DNA of 32,000 nt from Candidatus Pacearchaeota archaeon (GTDB taxonomy: Archaea; Nanobdellota; Nanobdellia; Pacearchaeales; UBA284). This document shows positions 23,593-31,882 of the stretch, one piece after another (the stretch's first letter is position 1; each line of letters starts with the position of its first letter). The stretch lies in assembly GCA_026016245.1 (NCBI GenBank), contig CP061211.1, positions 120,001 to 152,000 on the forward strand. The letters run 5' to 3'. Below the pieces are notes generated by a model. That model did no database searches, was not told the origin of the DNA, and saw only the letters and a list, made by a program, of their open reading frames with translations. The position numbers were made by a program, and so were the translations under genes.

Positions 23593-23946
23593 ATGAGGAT
23601 AAAGACAGCATACATGCTAATACCTGTTGGAACAAAACAGAGAGATGATCCAGGAGAATATATTGAATGTCCTAGAGAGAAGAAAGTTTTTGGGGAATCA
23701 AGACTAATTACTAAGAAAGGAAGAAATAAACACACTCAAAGTACTTTAGAATGTCAATGTTTTATTGTTTTATCTAACACTCTTGATGCAAGACTTATAA
23801 TTGAATTTGAAAAAAGTGTTAATTTACAAATGTGTCGTGCTGCTGTTCATTATGAAAGAGATAGAGATGTAGAAAGCATAGAAAAAATTTTAAAACCTAT
23901 TAGTGTTTATGGGGCTGAGTATAAGAAGGCTGGGGAAGGAAAATGA
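23593..23946 (+). CDS. hypothetical protein (first gene of SWIM operon)
   Basis: ATG at 23593 is preceded by GGAGGttGAGGGAGAG; the ORF track starts at a TTG at 23578. 4-nt overlap (ATGA) with the next gene. Several Cys (CP..; ECQC). Confidence 0.45.
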   Translation: MRIKTAYMLIPVGTKQRDDPGEYIECPREKKVFGESRLITKKGRNKHTQSTLECQCFIVLSNTLDARLIIEFEKSVNLQMCRAAVHYERDRDVESIEKILKPISVYGAEYKKAGEGK

Positions 23947-25091
23947 ATGTATGGGATAGAATAATTGATGCTAGCAAACTACCAAATATAAGTGATTTTT
24001 CTACAGTTTATGATATGAATGAAAATGAGGAAATGGAAATAAAAGAATCAGGCAAACCAACACTTGAGCAGACTGTTGAAATATTGCATTTAGTGGCTGT
24101 GCTTGACAGTGAATCTGCTATTATTTTACCTAATGGTTTTACTTATAGGGTTGATGCTCGCACAGTAAGGAAGAATGTAAGGCCTATAATGTTAAAAAGA
24201 ATTAGAACTAAAAGGGAAGCTATTGAACAAGAAATTACACCTAGCAAACTTGCCAGAGAAAAAATAGAGAAGATGCGTTTTAGGTATCAAATAAAGCCAG
24301 AAACATTAAGGGAGGATTATGCTGGTATTAATTTTGTTGGTATAACTGACAAGAAAATCAAGAATTATTTGATTTCTGACGCAATTGAAGGTTATTTACA
24401 TGCAAAAAATGCTAGCAGTTTAATTGAAATCCAGAGATGGGATACACTTGAAAGTCTTTTGAAAGAAAGGAAATACCAAGAAAGATTATCTTTTCAAGAA
24501 AAACTGGCATTAAAACGTGTTACTATGAGGAAAGAAATCCTTAAGATGGGGTCTAGAAAAAAGACCCTGACAGAAGTTCCAGAAAAACCTCGCAGAATTA
24601 TTTTAACAAGAGAAGCAGTAAGGGTTGCTAAGAAAGTTCCATCCACAAGTGAGAGGGGAAAATTTTACAAGGAAATAAGATTTAGAAGACTTCCTGAAGT
24701 GTTTCCAGATAATGAATATCCAGAACTTAACAAGGAATTTTATGCTGCATGGACAGATTTTTGGATAGAGCCACCTTGTACATGTCAAGACAAGACATGG
24801 TTCATTTCTTACATAAGGCCTAATCAAGTATGGTATTGTATTCATGAAATAGCTGCTTTTAGAAAGGCTTTGAGCATGGATTGGCAAGAAGGTAGACCAG
24901 TAACTTATCCTGATCCTTATATTGCCACATCTCCTTTTTTGAGACTGTCACAAGATTACATTAATTATTATATGAAATGGAAAAAGCAAGTATTTATTAA
25001 AAAAAGAAATAGTTATCAACACCTTGCCAAAGTTTATCTTGATATATGGCCTGAAAAACAAGTTAGGCGGGGAAAAATAGAATTATTGTAA
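23943..25091 (+). CDS. SWIM zinc-finger-containing protein
   Basis: C279-x-C281-x17-C299-x-H301 (PPCTCQDKTWF...WYCIHEIAAF) fits the SWIM CxCxnCxH signature with the usual C-x-H-hydrophobic-A-A context. The rest is unrecognised. Confidence 0.6.
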   Translation: MNVWDRIIDASKLPNISDFSTVYDMNENEEMEIKESGKPTLEQTVEILHLVAVLDSESAIILPNGFTYRVDARTVRKNVRPIMLKRIRTKREAIEQEITPSKLAREKIEKMRFRYQIKPETLREDYAGINFVGITDKKIKNYLISDAIEGYLHAKNASSLIEIQRWDTLESLLKERKYQERLSFQEKLALKRVTMRKEILKMGSRKKTLTEVPEKPRRIILTREAVRVAKKVPSTSERGKFYKEIRFRRLPEVFPDNEYPELNKEFYAAWTDFWIEPPCTCQDKTWFISYIRPNQVWYCIHEIAAFRKALSMDWQEGRPVTYPDPYIATSPFLRLSQDYINYYMKWKKQVFIKKRNSYQHLAKVYLDIWPEKQVRRGKIELL

Positions 25092-25093
25092 AA

Positions 25094-25429
25094 ATGACAA
25101 AATTTTTTAAGGTTAAGGCGGAAGAAGGATCACTTATTTATTTTTTAGACCTCTATAATTTTTTAAAAAGAAATGATTATTTTCAGGTTGCTGTTCCAGA
25201 AAATAAAGAATATCATCTTGATGCTGTTTTTTCAGCATTATGTCGTATGGGTAGTCTTCCAGATAATCCTTCTGAAATATCTTTTTTTGAGCAACATAAT
25301 GAGCTTGTAGGAAAAGTCTTGACAACTTACAAGATTTTAAAAGATGGTATGGTTACTAGCGTGAGAAGCATCATAGAGATAGCAGAACTTCTAAATATAG
25401 ATATGAATCATCAATTAGAGAAATTTTAG
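25094..25429 (+). CDS. hypothetical protein (third gene of SWIM operon)
   Basis: 111-aa ORF starting 2 nt after the SWIM gene's stop codon. Confidence 0.4.
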   Translation: MTKFFKVKAEEGSLIYFLDLYNFLKRNDYFQVAVPENKEYHLDAVFSALCRMGSLPDNPSEISFFEQHNELVGKVLTTYKILKDGMVTSVRSIIEIAELLNIDMNHQLEKF

Positions 25430-25475
25430 TTTTTATTTAAGAAACTTTTTTAAGTCTCTTTCTCTTGGATTTTTT

Positions 25476-26978
25476 ATGGCAAAGAAATTTTATATAACGA
25501 CAGCAATAGACTATGTGAATGATGAGCCTCATATTGGCCATGCCTATCAAAAAATCATAGCTGATGTTCTTGCAAGATGGCATAGAATTATAGATGATAA
25601 AGTTTTTTTTCTAACAGGTACTGATGAGCATGGGCAGAAGATTGCAAGAAGTGCCTCTGAAAAGGAAAAGGAGCCAAAAGAATTCTGCGATGTTATGTCT
25701 AAAAAATTTAAAGAGGCATGGAAAGCCCTAAATATAGAATATGATAAGTTTATCAGAACAACAGACTCAGATCATGAAAAATTTGCTCAAGAATTCATTA
25801 AAAAAGTAGATAAGAAGGGAGATATCTACAAAGGAAAATATGAAGGATTATATTGTGTTTCTTGTGAGGCTTTTTATACAGAGAAAGATCTTGTTGATGG
25901 AAAATGTCCCATTCACAAAAAACCTGTTGAAGAAGTAAGTGAGGAAACTTATTTTTTTAAATTAAGTAAATACAAAGAAAAACTTCTTGAGCATTATAAA
26001 AAAAATCCTATTTTTATTTTGCCAGAATCAAGGAGAAATGAAATTATAAATAGGGTTAAGGAAGAACTGAAAGATTTAAGCATAACAAGAACAACCCTTA
26101 AATGGGGAATCTCTTTTCCACTTGATAAAAAACATGTTATTTATGTTTGGTTTGAAGCTCTGTTGAATTATCTTTCAGGAGTCCAGGGAAAAGATTTTTG
26201 GCCAGCTGATGTTCATGTTCTTGGAAAAGATAATGGGTGGTTTCATGCTGTAATATGGCCAGCAATGCTACTTTCAGCTGGTTATGAGTTGCCTAAAACT
26301 GTTTTTGTTCACGGTTTCTTGACATTTAATGGAGAAAAGATAAGTAAGAGTTTGGGTAATGTTATCTCTCCTAAAGTCCTTGTTAAAAAATATGGGGCTG
26401 ATAGTGTGAGATATTTCTGCTTGAGGCAGATCCCTTTTGCAGAAGGAAGAGATGGTGATTTCAATGAGAAGGCTTTGATAGAAAGACATAACAATGAATT
26501 AGCAGATAAGTTGGGTAATCTAATTTCAAGAGTCAGTGCATTAACAGAAAAATATGGATTAGAAAAAGAAGAAAATAAACTTCTTAAGGATTTAAAACTC
26601 CTAGAAATTGAAAAATATGTTGAAAATTTTGAATTTGATAAAGCCTTAAATGAAATTTTTTCTTTTATAGATAAGTGTAATGCATATGTGCAGAAAAAAC
26701 AGCCTTGGAAGACAGGAGACAAGAAAGTTTTGTATGAGCTAGTTGATTCAATTAAAGCTATTGCAATCTTATTATGGCCTTTTATTCCTGAAACAAGTGA
26801 GAAGATATCTAAAACCTTGGGTTTTGAGATTAAATCTTTAGGACAGATTAAAGAATCTCTTGAAGTAAAAAAAATTAAAAAGAGTGAAATTCTATTTAAA
26901 AAAATAGGTTTAGAAGATGGATTAAAGAAGGGTTTGAAAAGAGGAGAATTAAAAAAAGGCCTTAGAAATGGATTATAA
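25476..26978 (+). CDS. metG: methionyl-tRNA synthetase, catalytic core (no fused C-terminal tRNA-binding domain)
   Basis: HIGH motif EPHIGHAY, KMSKS motif KISKSLGN, zinc knuckle CVSCEA..(x10)..CPIHKK, anticodon-binding helical domain. Ends in a GL(K/R) repeat tail. Confidence 0.95.
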   Translation: MAKKFYITTAIDYVNDEPHIGHAYQKIIADVLARWHRIIDDKVFFLTGTDEHGQKIARSASEKEKEPKEFCDVMSKKFKEAWKALNIEYDKFIRTTDSDHEKFAQEFIKKVDKKGDIYKGKYEGLYCVSCEAFYTEKDLVDGKCPIHKKPVEEVSEETYFFKLSKYKEKLLEHYKKNPIFILPESRRNEIINRVKEELKDLSITRTTLKWGISFPLDKKHVIYVWFEALLNYLSGVQGKDFWPADVHVLGKDNGWFHAVIWPAMLLSAGYELPKTVFVHGFLTFNGEKISKSLGNVISPKVLVKKYGADSVRYFCLRQIPFAEGRDGDFNEKALIERHNNELADKLGNLISRVSALTEKYGLEKEENKLLKDLKLLEIEKYVENFEFDKALNEIFSFIDKCNAYVQKKQPWKTGDKKVLYELVDSIKAIAILLWPFIPETSEKISKTLGFEIKSLGQIKESLEVKKIKKSEILFKKIGLEDGLKKGLKRGELKKGLRNGL

Positions 26979-26983
26979 TAAAA

Positions 26984-27319
26984 ATGACTGAAACAATACC
27001 ATTCAAAGAATGGCAAAAACTTAACTTGAGAATTGGAAAAATTCTTGATGTGAAAGACCATCCAAATGCAGAAAAACTTTATTTGCTTGATGTTGACTTA
27101 GGAACTGAAAAAAGAACTCTTGTAGCTGGTCTAAAGCAATACTACAAACCAGAAGAGTTGAAAGGTAAGCAGTGCGTGATATTCACAAATTTAGAACCAG
27201 CGACTATCAGAGGAATTAAGAGCGAAGGTATGATACTGGCTGCTGTCAGTAAAGACAAGAGCAAAGTTATTTTAATTAGCCCTGAGAAAGAGGTTGATTT
27301 GGGAAGTAAGGTTGAGTAG
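26984..27319 (+). CDS. Trbp111/CsaA-like tRNA-binding OB domain (free-standing MetRS C-terminal domain homolog)
   Basis: LNLRIGKILDVKDHPNAEKLYLLDVDLG...RTLVAGLKQYY.PEEL.GK.CVIFTNLEPATIRGIKSEGMILAA is the EMAP/Trbp111 pattern. Starts 5 nt after the metG stop codon, in another frame. Confidence 0.85.
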   Translation: MTETIPFKEWQKLNLRIGKILDVKDHPNAEKLYLLDVDLGTEKRTLVAGLKQYYKPEELKGKQCVIFTNLEPATIRGIKSEGMILAAVSKDKSKVILISPEKEVDLGSKVE

Positions 27320-27464
27320 GTTTATAATCTGGATGCTTTTTACAATTGATATCATAACCATCACAACTTATACAGTTTAATTTCTGCTTATTAACATCAT
27401 CTTCAGTTATAGAACCATTATCTAAACCTATTCTCCATATGCATTTTTCTATTCCATTTTTCAT
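27276..27464 (-). CDS. hypothetical Cys-containing mini-protein (uncertain)
   Basis: 62-aa ORF starting 9 nt downstream of tRNA-Val. Overlaps the 3' end of the convergent Trbp111-like gene by 44 nt. Confidence 0.25.
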   Translation of the reverse strand: MKNGIEKCIWRIGLDNGSITEDDVNKQKLNCISCDGYDINCKKHPDYKPTQPYFPNQPLSQG

Positions 27465-27472
27465 TTTAGTGA

Positions 27473-27545
27473 TGGGCCTGCTCGGAATTGAACCGAGGAT
27501 CTTTGCTGTGTGAGAGCAACGTCCTAACCATTAGACCACAGGCCC
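27473..27545 (-). tRNA. tRNA-Val(CAC)
   Basis: Manual fold: GGGCCUG-UG-GUCU-AAUGGUUA-GGAC-G-UUGCU-CUCACAC-AGCAA-AGAUC-CUCGG-UUCAAUU-CCGAG-CAGGCCC-A. TATA-like atttaaaaat centred ~27 nt upstream. Confidence 0.9.
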
Positions 27546-27583
27546 TGTTACGATTAGATATAGAGAATTTAAAAATTATATGA

Positions 27584-28318
27584 TTATCCTTTGTAGATTA
27601 TTATATTGCCTCTTCCTCTCTTGATTTTTTTAACCTTGCCTTGGTCTTCAAGGTCTGCTATCACAAGACTTGCTTTTGCTTCACTTATTCCTAATTCCTT
27701 TCTTATAGCTTTTTGCGTGACTCTTTTTTCACGCTTGAGTATTTTTAATACTGCTGTCATAACTTCATCACCTACAGGTTTTATTTTTTCTTTAACTTTT
27801 CTTTTTTTCTTTCTTTTTTTAATCTTTTTTTTGCTTTTTGATTTTCTGGATATAAGATAGATAATAAATCCTATAATTGTGATTGCAATAATTATTCCTA
27901 TAATCAACCAGATATTAACTTTTGATCTTTCTTTTAACAAATCTTCAATCATCTTAAGTTCTGATTCATCAAATTCAAGCTCTTCTATGTCTAGAGTTTC
28001 AAACAAAATCAAATCAAGGACAAAATTACCTTCTGCTGGTAAAGTAATTGTTTCTTTATCATAAAGTAAAATACCTTGAGTTGAGTAAAAAGCTTCAATT
28101 TCATAAGTACCTTCAGGAACAGTGAAAGAATATGTACCATCATGAGCAACAATGCTTTGTTTTGGGGTGCTATTTATTTCTACTATAGTTTTTATTGCCA
28201 ACTCAAGATCAGGGCCATAGATACTGCCGTAAACAGTCGCAGCTTGAGCTTGTGTTAACAGAATTGTGAATAGAAAAATGAATGCAATTATTCCTATCAT
28301 TCCCTTAGCCTTTATCAT
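27584..28318 (-). CDS. single-pass membrane protein: extracellular CarboxypepD_reg-like beta-sandwich + cytoplasmic winged-helix DNA-binding domain
   Basis: Signal/anchor peptide. VYGSIYG...DGTYSFTVPEGTYEIEAF beta-sandwich pattern, a TM helix (WLIIGIIIAITIIGFIIYLI), a K-rich linker, and a C-terminal wHTH (RVTQKAIRKELGISEAKASLVIADLEDQGKVKK). Confidence 0.6.
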   Translation of the reverse strand: MIKAKGMIGIIAFIFLFTILLTQAQAATVYGSIYGPDLELAIKTIVEINSTPKQSIVAHDGTYSFTVPEGTYEIEAFYSTQGILLYDKETITLPAEGNFVLDLILFETLDIEELEFDESELKMIEDLLKERSKVNIWLIIGIIIAITIIGFIIYLISRKSKSKKKIKKRKKKRKVKEKIKPVGDEVMTAVLKILKREKRVTQKAIRKELGISEAKASLVIADLEDQGKVKKIKRGRGNIIIYKG

Positions 28319-28449
28319 AACATTAAAAATCGATGATGCTTTAAAAACTTTACCAAATTTTGTGGATATAAAGCTTAAAAAAGCATTTTTTAAGTTTCTT
28401 CTGAAAGTTTATTTATAAATTAAATAAATTATACAAAATTGTGAAAAAG

Positions 28450-28461
28450 CTGGCTAGCCAG
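28450..28461. promoter_or_regulatory. perfect 12-bp GC-rich palindrome CTGGCTAGCCAG between the TATA-like region and the operon start
   Basis: Self-complementary, followed by GCCGGC. Lies 21 nt upstream of the ATG at 28482 in an otherwise AT-only intergenic region. Confidence 0.4.
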
Positions 28462-28481
28462 TGCCGGCTTTCATAGTTAAA

Positions 28482-28949
28482 ATGGAACAAAACATAATAA
28501 CACCCCCATACGAAAAAGAATATCTAGATATAACAGATTTAGAATATCCAGATATAACAGATTTTGGTATCCCGATGCCTTCAAAACCTTATGAATCAGT
28601 AGAGCTTAGAGTACTTGGTAGAGAAAAGAAGATATCTCTCTTAGAAACATTCGTGAATATAGAAAAAAGATTTAGTGGATTTGTTTGGTTTAGAGAGAAT
28701 GAAAAAAACGGAAGAAAAGTGACTTTACAATGTGTGAATGGTTATGTGTATGATATTAGAGAAGAAAGTAAAAGTGTAGTGGATGATTCTGAAAACGGGG
28801 CTAGAATTTATGAAGCACTTGAATACCCAATTTTTGGATATATCAAAAAAAATAACAAGTATGAGGGAGCCCCCAAACTAAAACCAGGTCTTCATTTAGC
28901 AAGCGTGGTAAGTAAATTAAAAAAGGCATTAGAATTTGATAAACTTTAA
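28482..28949 (+). CDS. hypothetical protein (gene 1 of five-gene operon)
   Basis: ATG at 28482; the ORF track starts at a GTG at 28461 inside the palindrome. Contains the internal repeat YLDITDLEYPDITDF. Confidence 0.45.
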   Translation: MEQNIITPPYEKEYLDITDLEYPDITDFGIPMPSKPYESVELRVLGREKKISLLETFVNIEKRFSGFVWFRENEKNGRKVTLQCVNGYVYDIREESKSVVDDSENGARIYEALEYPIFGYIKKNNKYEGAPKLKPGLHLASVVSKLKKALEFDKL

Positions 28950-28969
28950 GGGATTGGGAGAAAATTAAA

Positions 28970-29770
28970 ATGGAAATAGATGAAATAAATCAAGAAGCAA
29001 TAAATTTAGATGAACTTTTAGGGAAAGGGGAGATTAAGAAAGAAGAGATAGATAGGCAGATTCAAGAAATGGAGAAAGAACCACAAAGAATTTTTTACAA
29101 ACATGAAAATTTGGATGAAATTGAAAAGAGTGTTGAATCTGAAGAAGAGGATCCTACTTGGGGAGGACCAGTAATCCAAAAACCAAAAAAAGAACTAGAA
29201 AGAATAATGTTTTGGTTTTCTGATAAGTTAAAAGTTGAGGATCATGAATTCGAGGCTCTGAGAAGATTGTTTAGATATAAGGGGGTGGGTACATTTCTGA
29301 TTTATAAACGAGAGATATGTGATAGTTTTTCAAAAATATACAAAAGAAAACCAGAAGAAAAAATCCCTATTGCTGTACTTGGTGATCAAGATATCCTTAG
29401 TGAACAAGAGATTTATAATTTTTTAAATGAAAAAGATAATGAAGCAATTTATGTGCTCTTGAAATATGAGAATCCTAGACAATTTCTGAGAGAATTTAAT
29501 AGATATTATCAAAAAACAGGTATTGAGATAAGAGTTAAGAGTATTAGAGAGGAAAGAAGATGTGAGGGTAATTTTGAGGAGGAAAATAAAAAGATAAGAG
29601 AAGAGATAGAATTAATTGGTGATAAGAGTATTATTGACCTTGATAAAACTAAAAAAAAGCCAAAAAAAGATTTTGTTGAAGAAATTCTAAATGAAAATGT
29701 TAGTGAGATTGAAGATATATTTGGAGATAAAAAAAGTAAATCAGATTCAGATAGAGTGAATTATATTTAA
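28970..29770 (+). CDS. hypothetical charged protein (gene 2)
   Basis: 266-aa ORF with highly charged termini. No family recognised. Confidence 0.45.
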   Translation: MEIDEINQEAINLDELLGKGEIKKEEIDRQIQEMEKEPQRIFYKHENLDEIEKSVESEEEDPTWGGPVIQKPKKELERIMFWFSDKLKVEDHEFEALRRLFRYKGVGTFLIYKREICDSFSKIYKRKPEEKIPIAVLGDQDILSEQEIYNFLNEKDNEAIYVLLKYENPRQFLREFNRYYQKTGIEIRVKSIREERRCEGNFEEENKKIREEIELIGDKSIIDLDKTKKKPKKDFVEEILNENVSEIEDIFGDKKSKSDSDRVNYI

Positions 29771-29771
29771 A

Positions 29772-30773
29772 ATGGTAGATGAAAAGAAAGAGACAAGTAG
29801 ACCAAATATCCCTGGATTTCAAACAGAAGAAGAGTTATTAGCAGAGATGCTTGGTGGTGCAAATGTTAAGAGACATACAGTGACACGTTATGAAAAGAAA
29901 ATTCCTATGAGCAGGGAACAAATAGAGAGTCTAAATTTAGCAGCTTCTAAATTAAGTAAATTATGGCCAGGATATGAAATAGAGACTTCTTTTCGCGATT
30001 CAGTTAATGTAAGTACTGGCTATGGAATGAGTGAAGTAGTACCTGCCACTTCCTACTTTACTAAATGGAAGGGAAAGCTGACCCAAGATAAATTAAGCAT
30101 TGGTTATAATGAAGAAAAAAATATTGGAGCTATAAAATTTGAAGCTGATGGTAACAGAGAAATAAGAGATACAGGAGTTTATTATTTATCCAATGTCATA
30201 AATCTTATTGTTTTTAAAGGACGTAGGTTGGATGAGTCTAATTTGGATAGGTATACAAATCCCCTCATAAAAGAAGCTTTAGAAATTTTAAGAAAAGATC
30301 TTGAACCAGTAAGGACAAACAGAACAATTCAACAAGTAATAGAAAATACAAAAATAGATGAGCCTGAGAGATTAAAGTGCGAACCTAAAAAATTTGATTT
30401 TTTGGGGGAACTAGGAGACTTGGTTGGATATATGGATAATCTTGTTGCAGAGAAAGGTGGGTTTGCTGGCATGAGCATAGTTGATCAGCAATATGAGGCT
30501 CCTGACAACAAGAATGCTGGAGAAATTATTATTAAAAAGAGATCTGAAATTTCAGATTTTGTTGATAAGTATCAATTAAGTGAGTTAGGTGCAATAGCCA
30601 AAGGAGCGATCATTATTAATGCTCTTCTTGAAAGCAGGATAGATGAAGCTCTAGCTCTTGCTAAGTATCTTCCTGATAACTATAAAGAAAAAGTTTATTC
30701 AATTGTTGAGGATATCCAACAGAATTATTCTCAAAATAATAAATTAAATCAAAACAACTTGAAAGGGGGTTAA
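29772..30773 (+). CDS. hypothetical protein (gene 3)
   Basis: 333-aa ORF starting 1 nt after the gene 2 stop codon. No family recognised. Confidence 0.45.
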   Translation: MVDEKKETSRPNIPGFQTEEELLAEMLGGANVKRHTVTRYEKKIPMSREQIESLNLAASKLSKLWPGYEIETSFRDSVNVSTGYGMSEVVPATSYFTKWKGKLTQDKLSIGYNEEKNIGAIKFEADGNREIRDTGVYYLSNVINLIVFKGRRLDESNLDRYTNPLIKEALEILRKDLEPVRTNRTIQQVIENTKIDEPERLKCEPKKFDFLGELGDLVGYMDNLVAEKGGFAGMSIVDQQYEAPDNKNAGEIIIKKRSEISDFVDKYQLSELGAIAKGAIIINALLESRIDEALALAKYLPDNYKEKVYSIVEDIQQNYSQNNKLNQNNLKGG

Positions 30774-30776
30774 AAA

Positions 30777-31664
30777 ATGAAATTTATAGCTTTATTAATG
30801 GCCCTTGTTTTAGTAATTGCAATGCTTCCTTCAACTTTTGCTGTTGGAGTAAAGCCTATATGGACAACTGAAAGTGTTAAAAGTATAAGAGAGAAATTTA
30901 CAGAGCAGAGCACTTTTAGAGAACAAATCAAGCAGCAGATTCAGGATTGTAAAGACAGGGAGGATGAAGAGTGTATGGCTATAAAAGAGGCTGCTCAACA
31001 ACTTACAAAAAATATTCTTTTGAGAGTATGTTCAAGAAGTGAGGATATTTTTGAGAGGTTTGAAGATAGGATAGAGAAGGATCCAAAACTGACTGAGGAA
31101 GAGAAAGATGTATTGAAAGAATCTCTACAGAACCAGAAAGACCAATTAGAAGAGATCTGCGAAGATATTGAAGATGCAGATGAAGAAAGACTTAAGGAAA
31201 TTGTTGCAGAGATTAGGGCCTTGATAAAAGGAACTCATCTGAAATTTAGGATTGCAAGAAAACTTGTCCTTTTGCATAGAATGGGCTTGATTATTGAGAG
31301 GGCTGAACATCTTGAAACAAAACTAGATGATTTTATAGAGAAATGGAATTGTACAAATACAACCAACATAGATCCTCTTGTAGAACAATTTAACAGCCAG
31401 ATAGCAGAGGCAAGAGAATCTTATAATGAAAGCAGAGATTTATGGGGCCAGTTTATAGAAACTGTACAAAATCATGAACCAGACACTGAAATACTTAGAG
31501 AAGCTCAGTCAAAGATGCAAGAAGCTCAGTCAAAGCTAAAAGAAGCTCATAAAACTCTTAAAGAAATAATTCAGGAATTAAGAAAGTGTAGAGAAGCTAG
31601 TGGAGAGGAAGAAGAGCCTGAAGAAGAACCAGAGGAAGAGGAAGAAGAGGAGCCAGAAGAGTAA
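30777..31664 (+). CDS. secreted helical/coiled-coil protein with poly-Glu/Pro tail (gene 4)
   Basis: Signal peptide MKFIALLMALVLVIAMLPSTFA, an internal duplicated EAQSK(M/L)(Q/K)EA, and a C-terminal EEEEPEEEPEEEEEEEPEE. Confidence 0.5.
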   Translation: MKFIALLMALVLVIAMLPSTFAVGVKPIWTTESVKSIREKFTEQSTFREQIKQQIQDCKDREDEECMAIKEAAQQLTKNILLRVCSRSEDIFERFEDRIEKDPKLTEEEKDVLKESLQNQKDQLEEICEDIEDADEERLKEIVAEIRALIKGTHLKFRIARKLVLLHRMGLIIERAEHLETKLDDFIEKWNCTNTTNIDPLVEQFNSQIAEARESYNESRDLWGQFIETVQNHEPDTEILREAQSKMQEAQSKLKEAHKTLKEIIQELRKCREASGEEEEPEEEPEEEEEEEPEE

Positions 31665-31672
31665 ATAAGAAA

Positions 31673-31882
31673 ATGGAATCAAGAATACTTATGATAGTTT
31701 TAGTTATTATGCTCCTCTTGACACTTTTTCTTGTTTCAGGTGCTGGTTGTGGTGAAGAAGAAGTCAGTGCAGAAAGTCTAGATTCAGAATTAAGTGATTT
31801 GGAAAGCATGAGTCAGGCTCTTAATGATTTGGAGTTTGATATGAATGAATCAGAGTTAGATGATTTAGAAGGGATTATCTAA
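31673..31882 (+). CDS. small acidic lipoprotein-like protein (gene 5)
   Basis: Hydrophobic N-terminus ending LVSGAGC (lipobox-like), followed by an acidic D/E/S-rich sequence. Confidence 0.4.
   Translation: MESRILMIVLVIMLLLTLFLVSGAGCGEEEVSAESLDSELSDLESMSQALNDLEFDMNESELDDLEGII

Noticed and set aside
26309-27061. 250-aa ORF, and the 26274-26489 ORF, antisense to metG.
   Set aside because: The region is fully covered by MetRS, which has HIGH and KMSKS motifs. The antisense translation is low-complexity (F/S/L/K-rich).
28374-28394. A/T-only inverted repeat CTTAAAAAA-gca-TTTTTTAAG.
   Set aside because: It is composed purely of homopolymeric A/T in an AT-rich divergent promoter region, which is likely compositional. 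It is not positioned downstream of any gene as a terminator.
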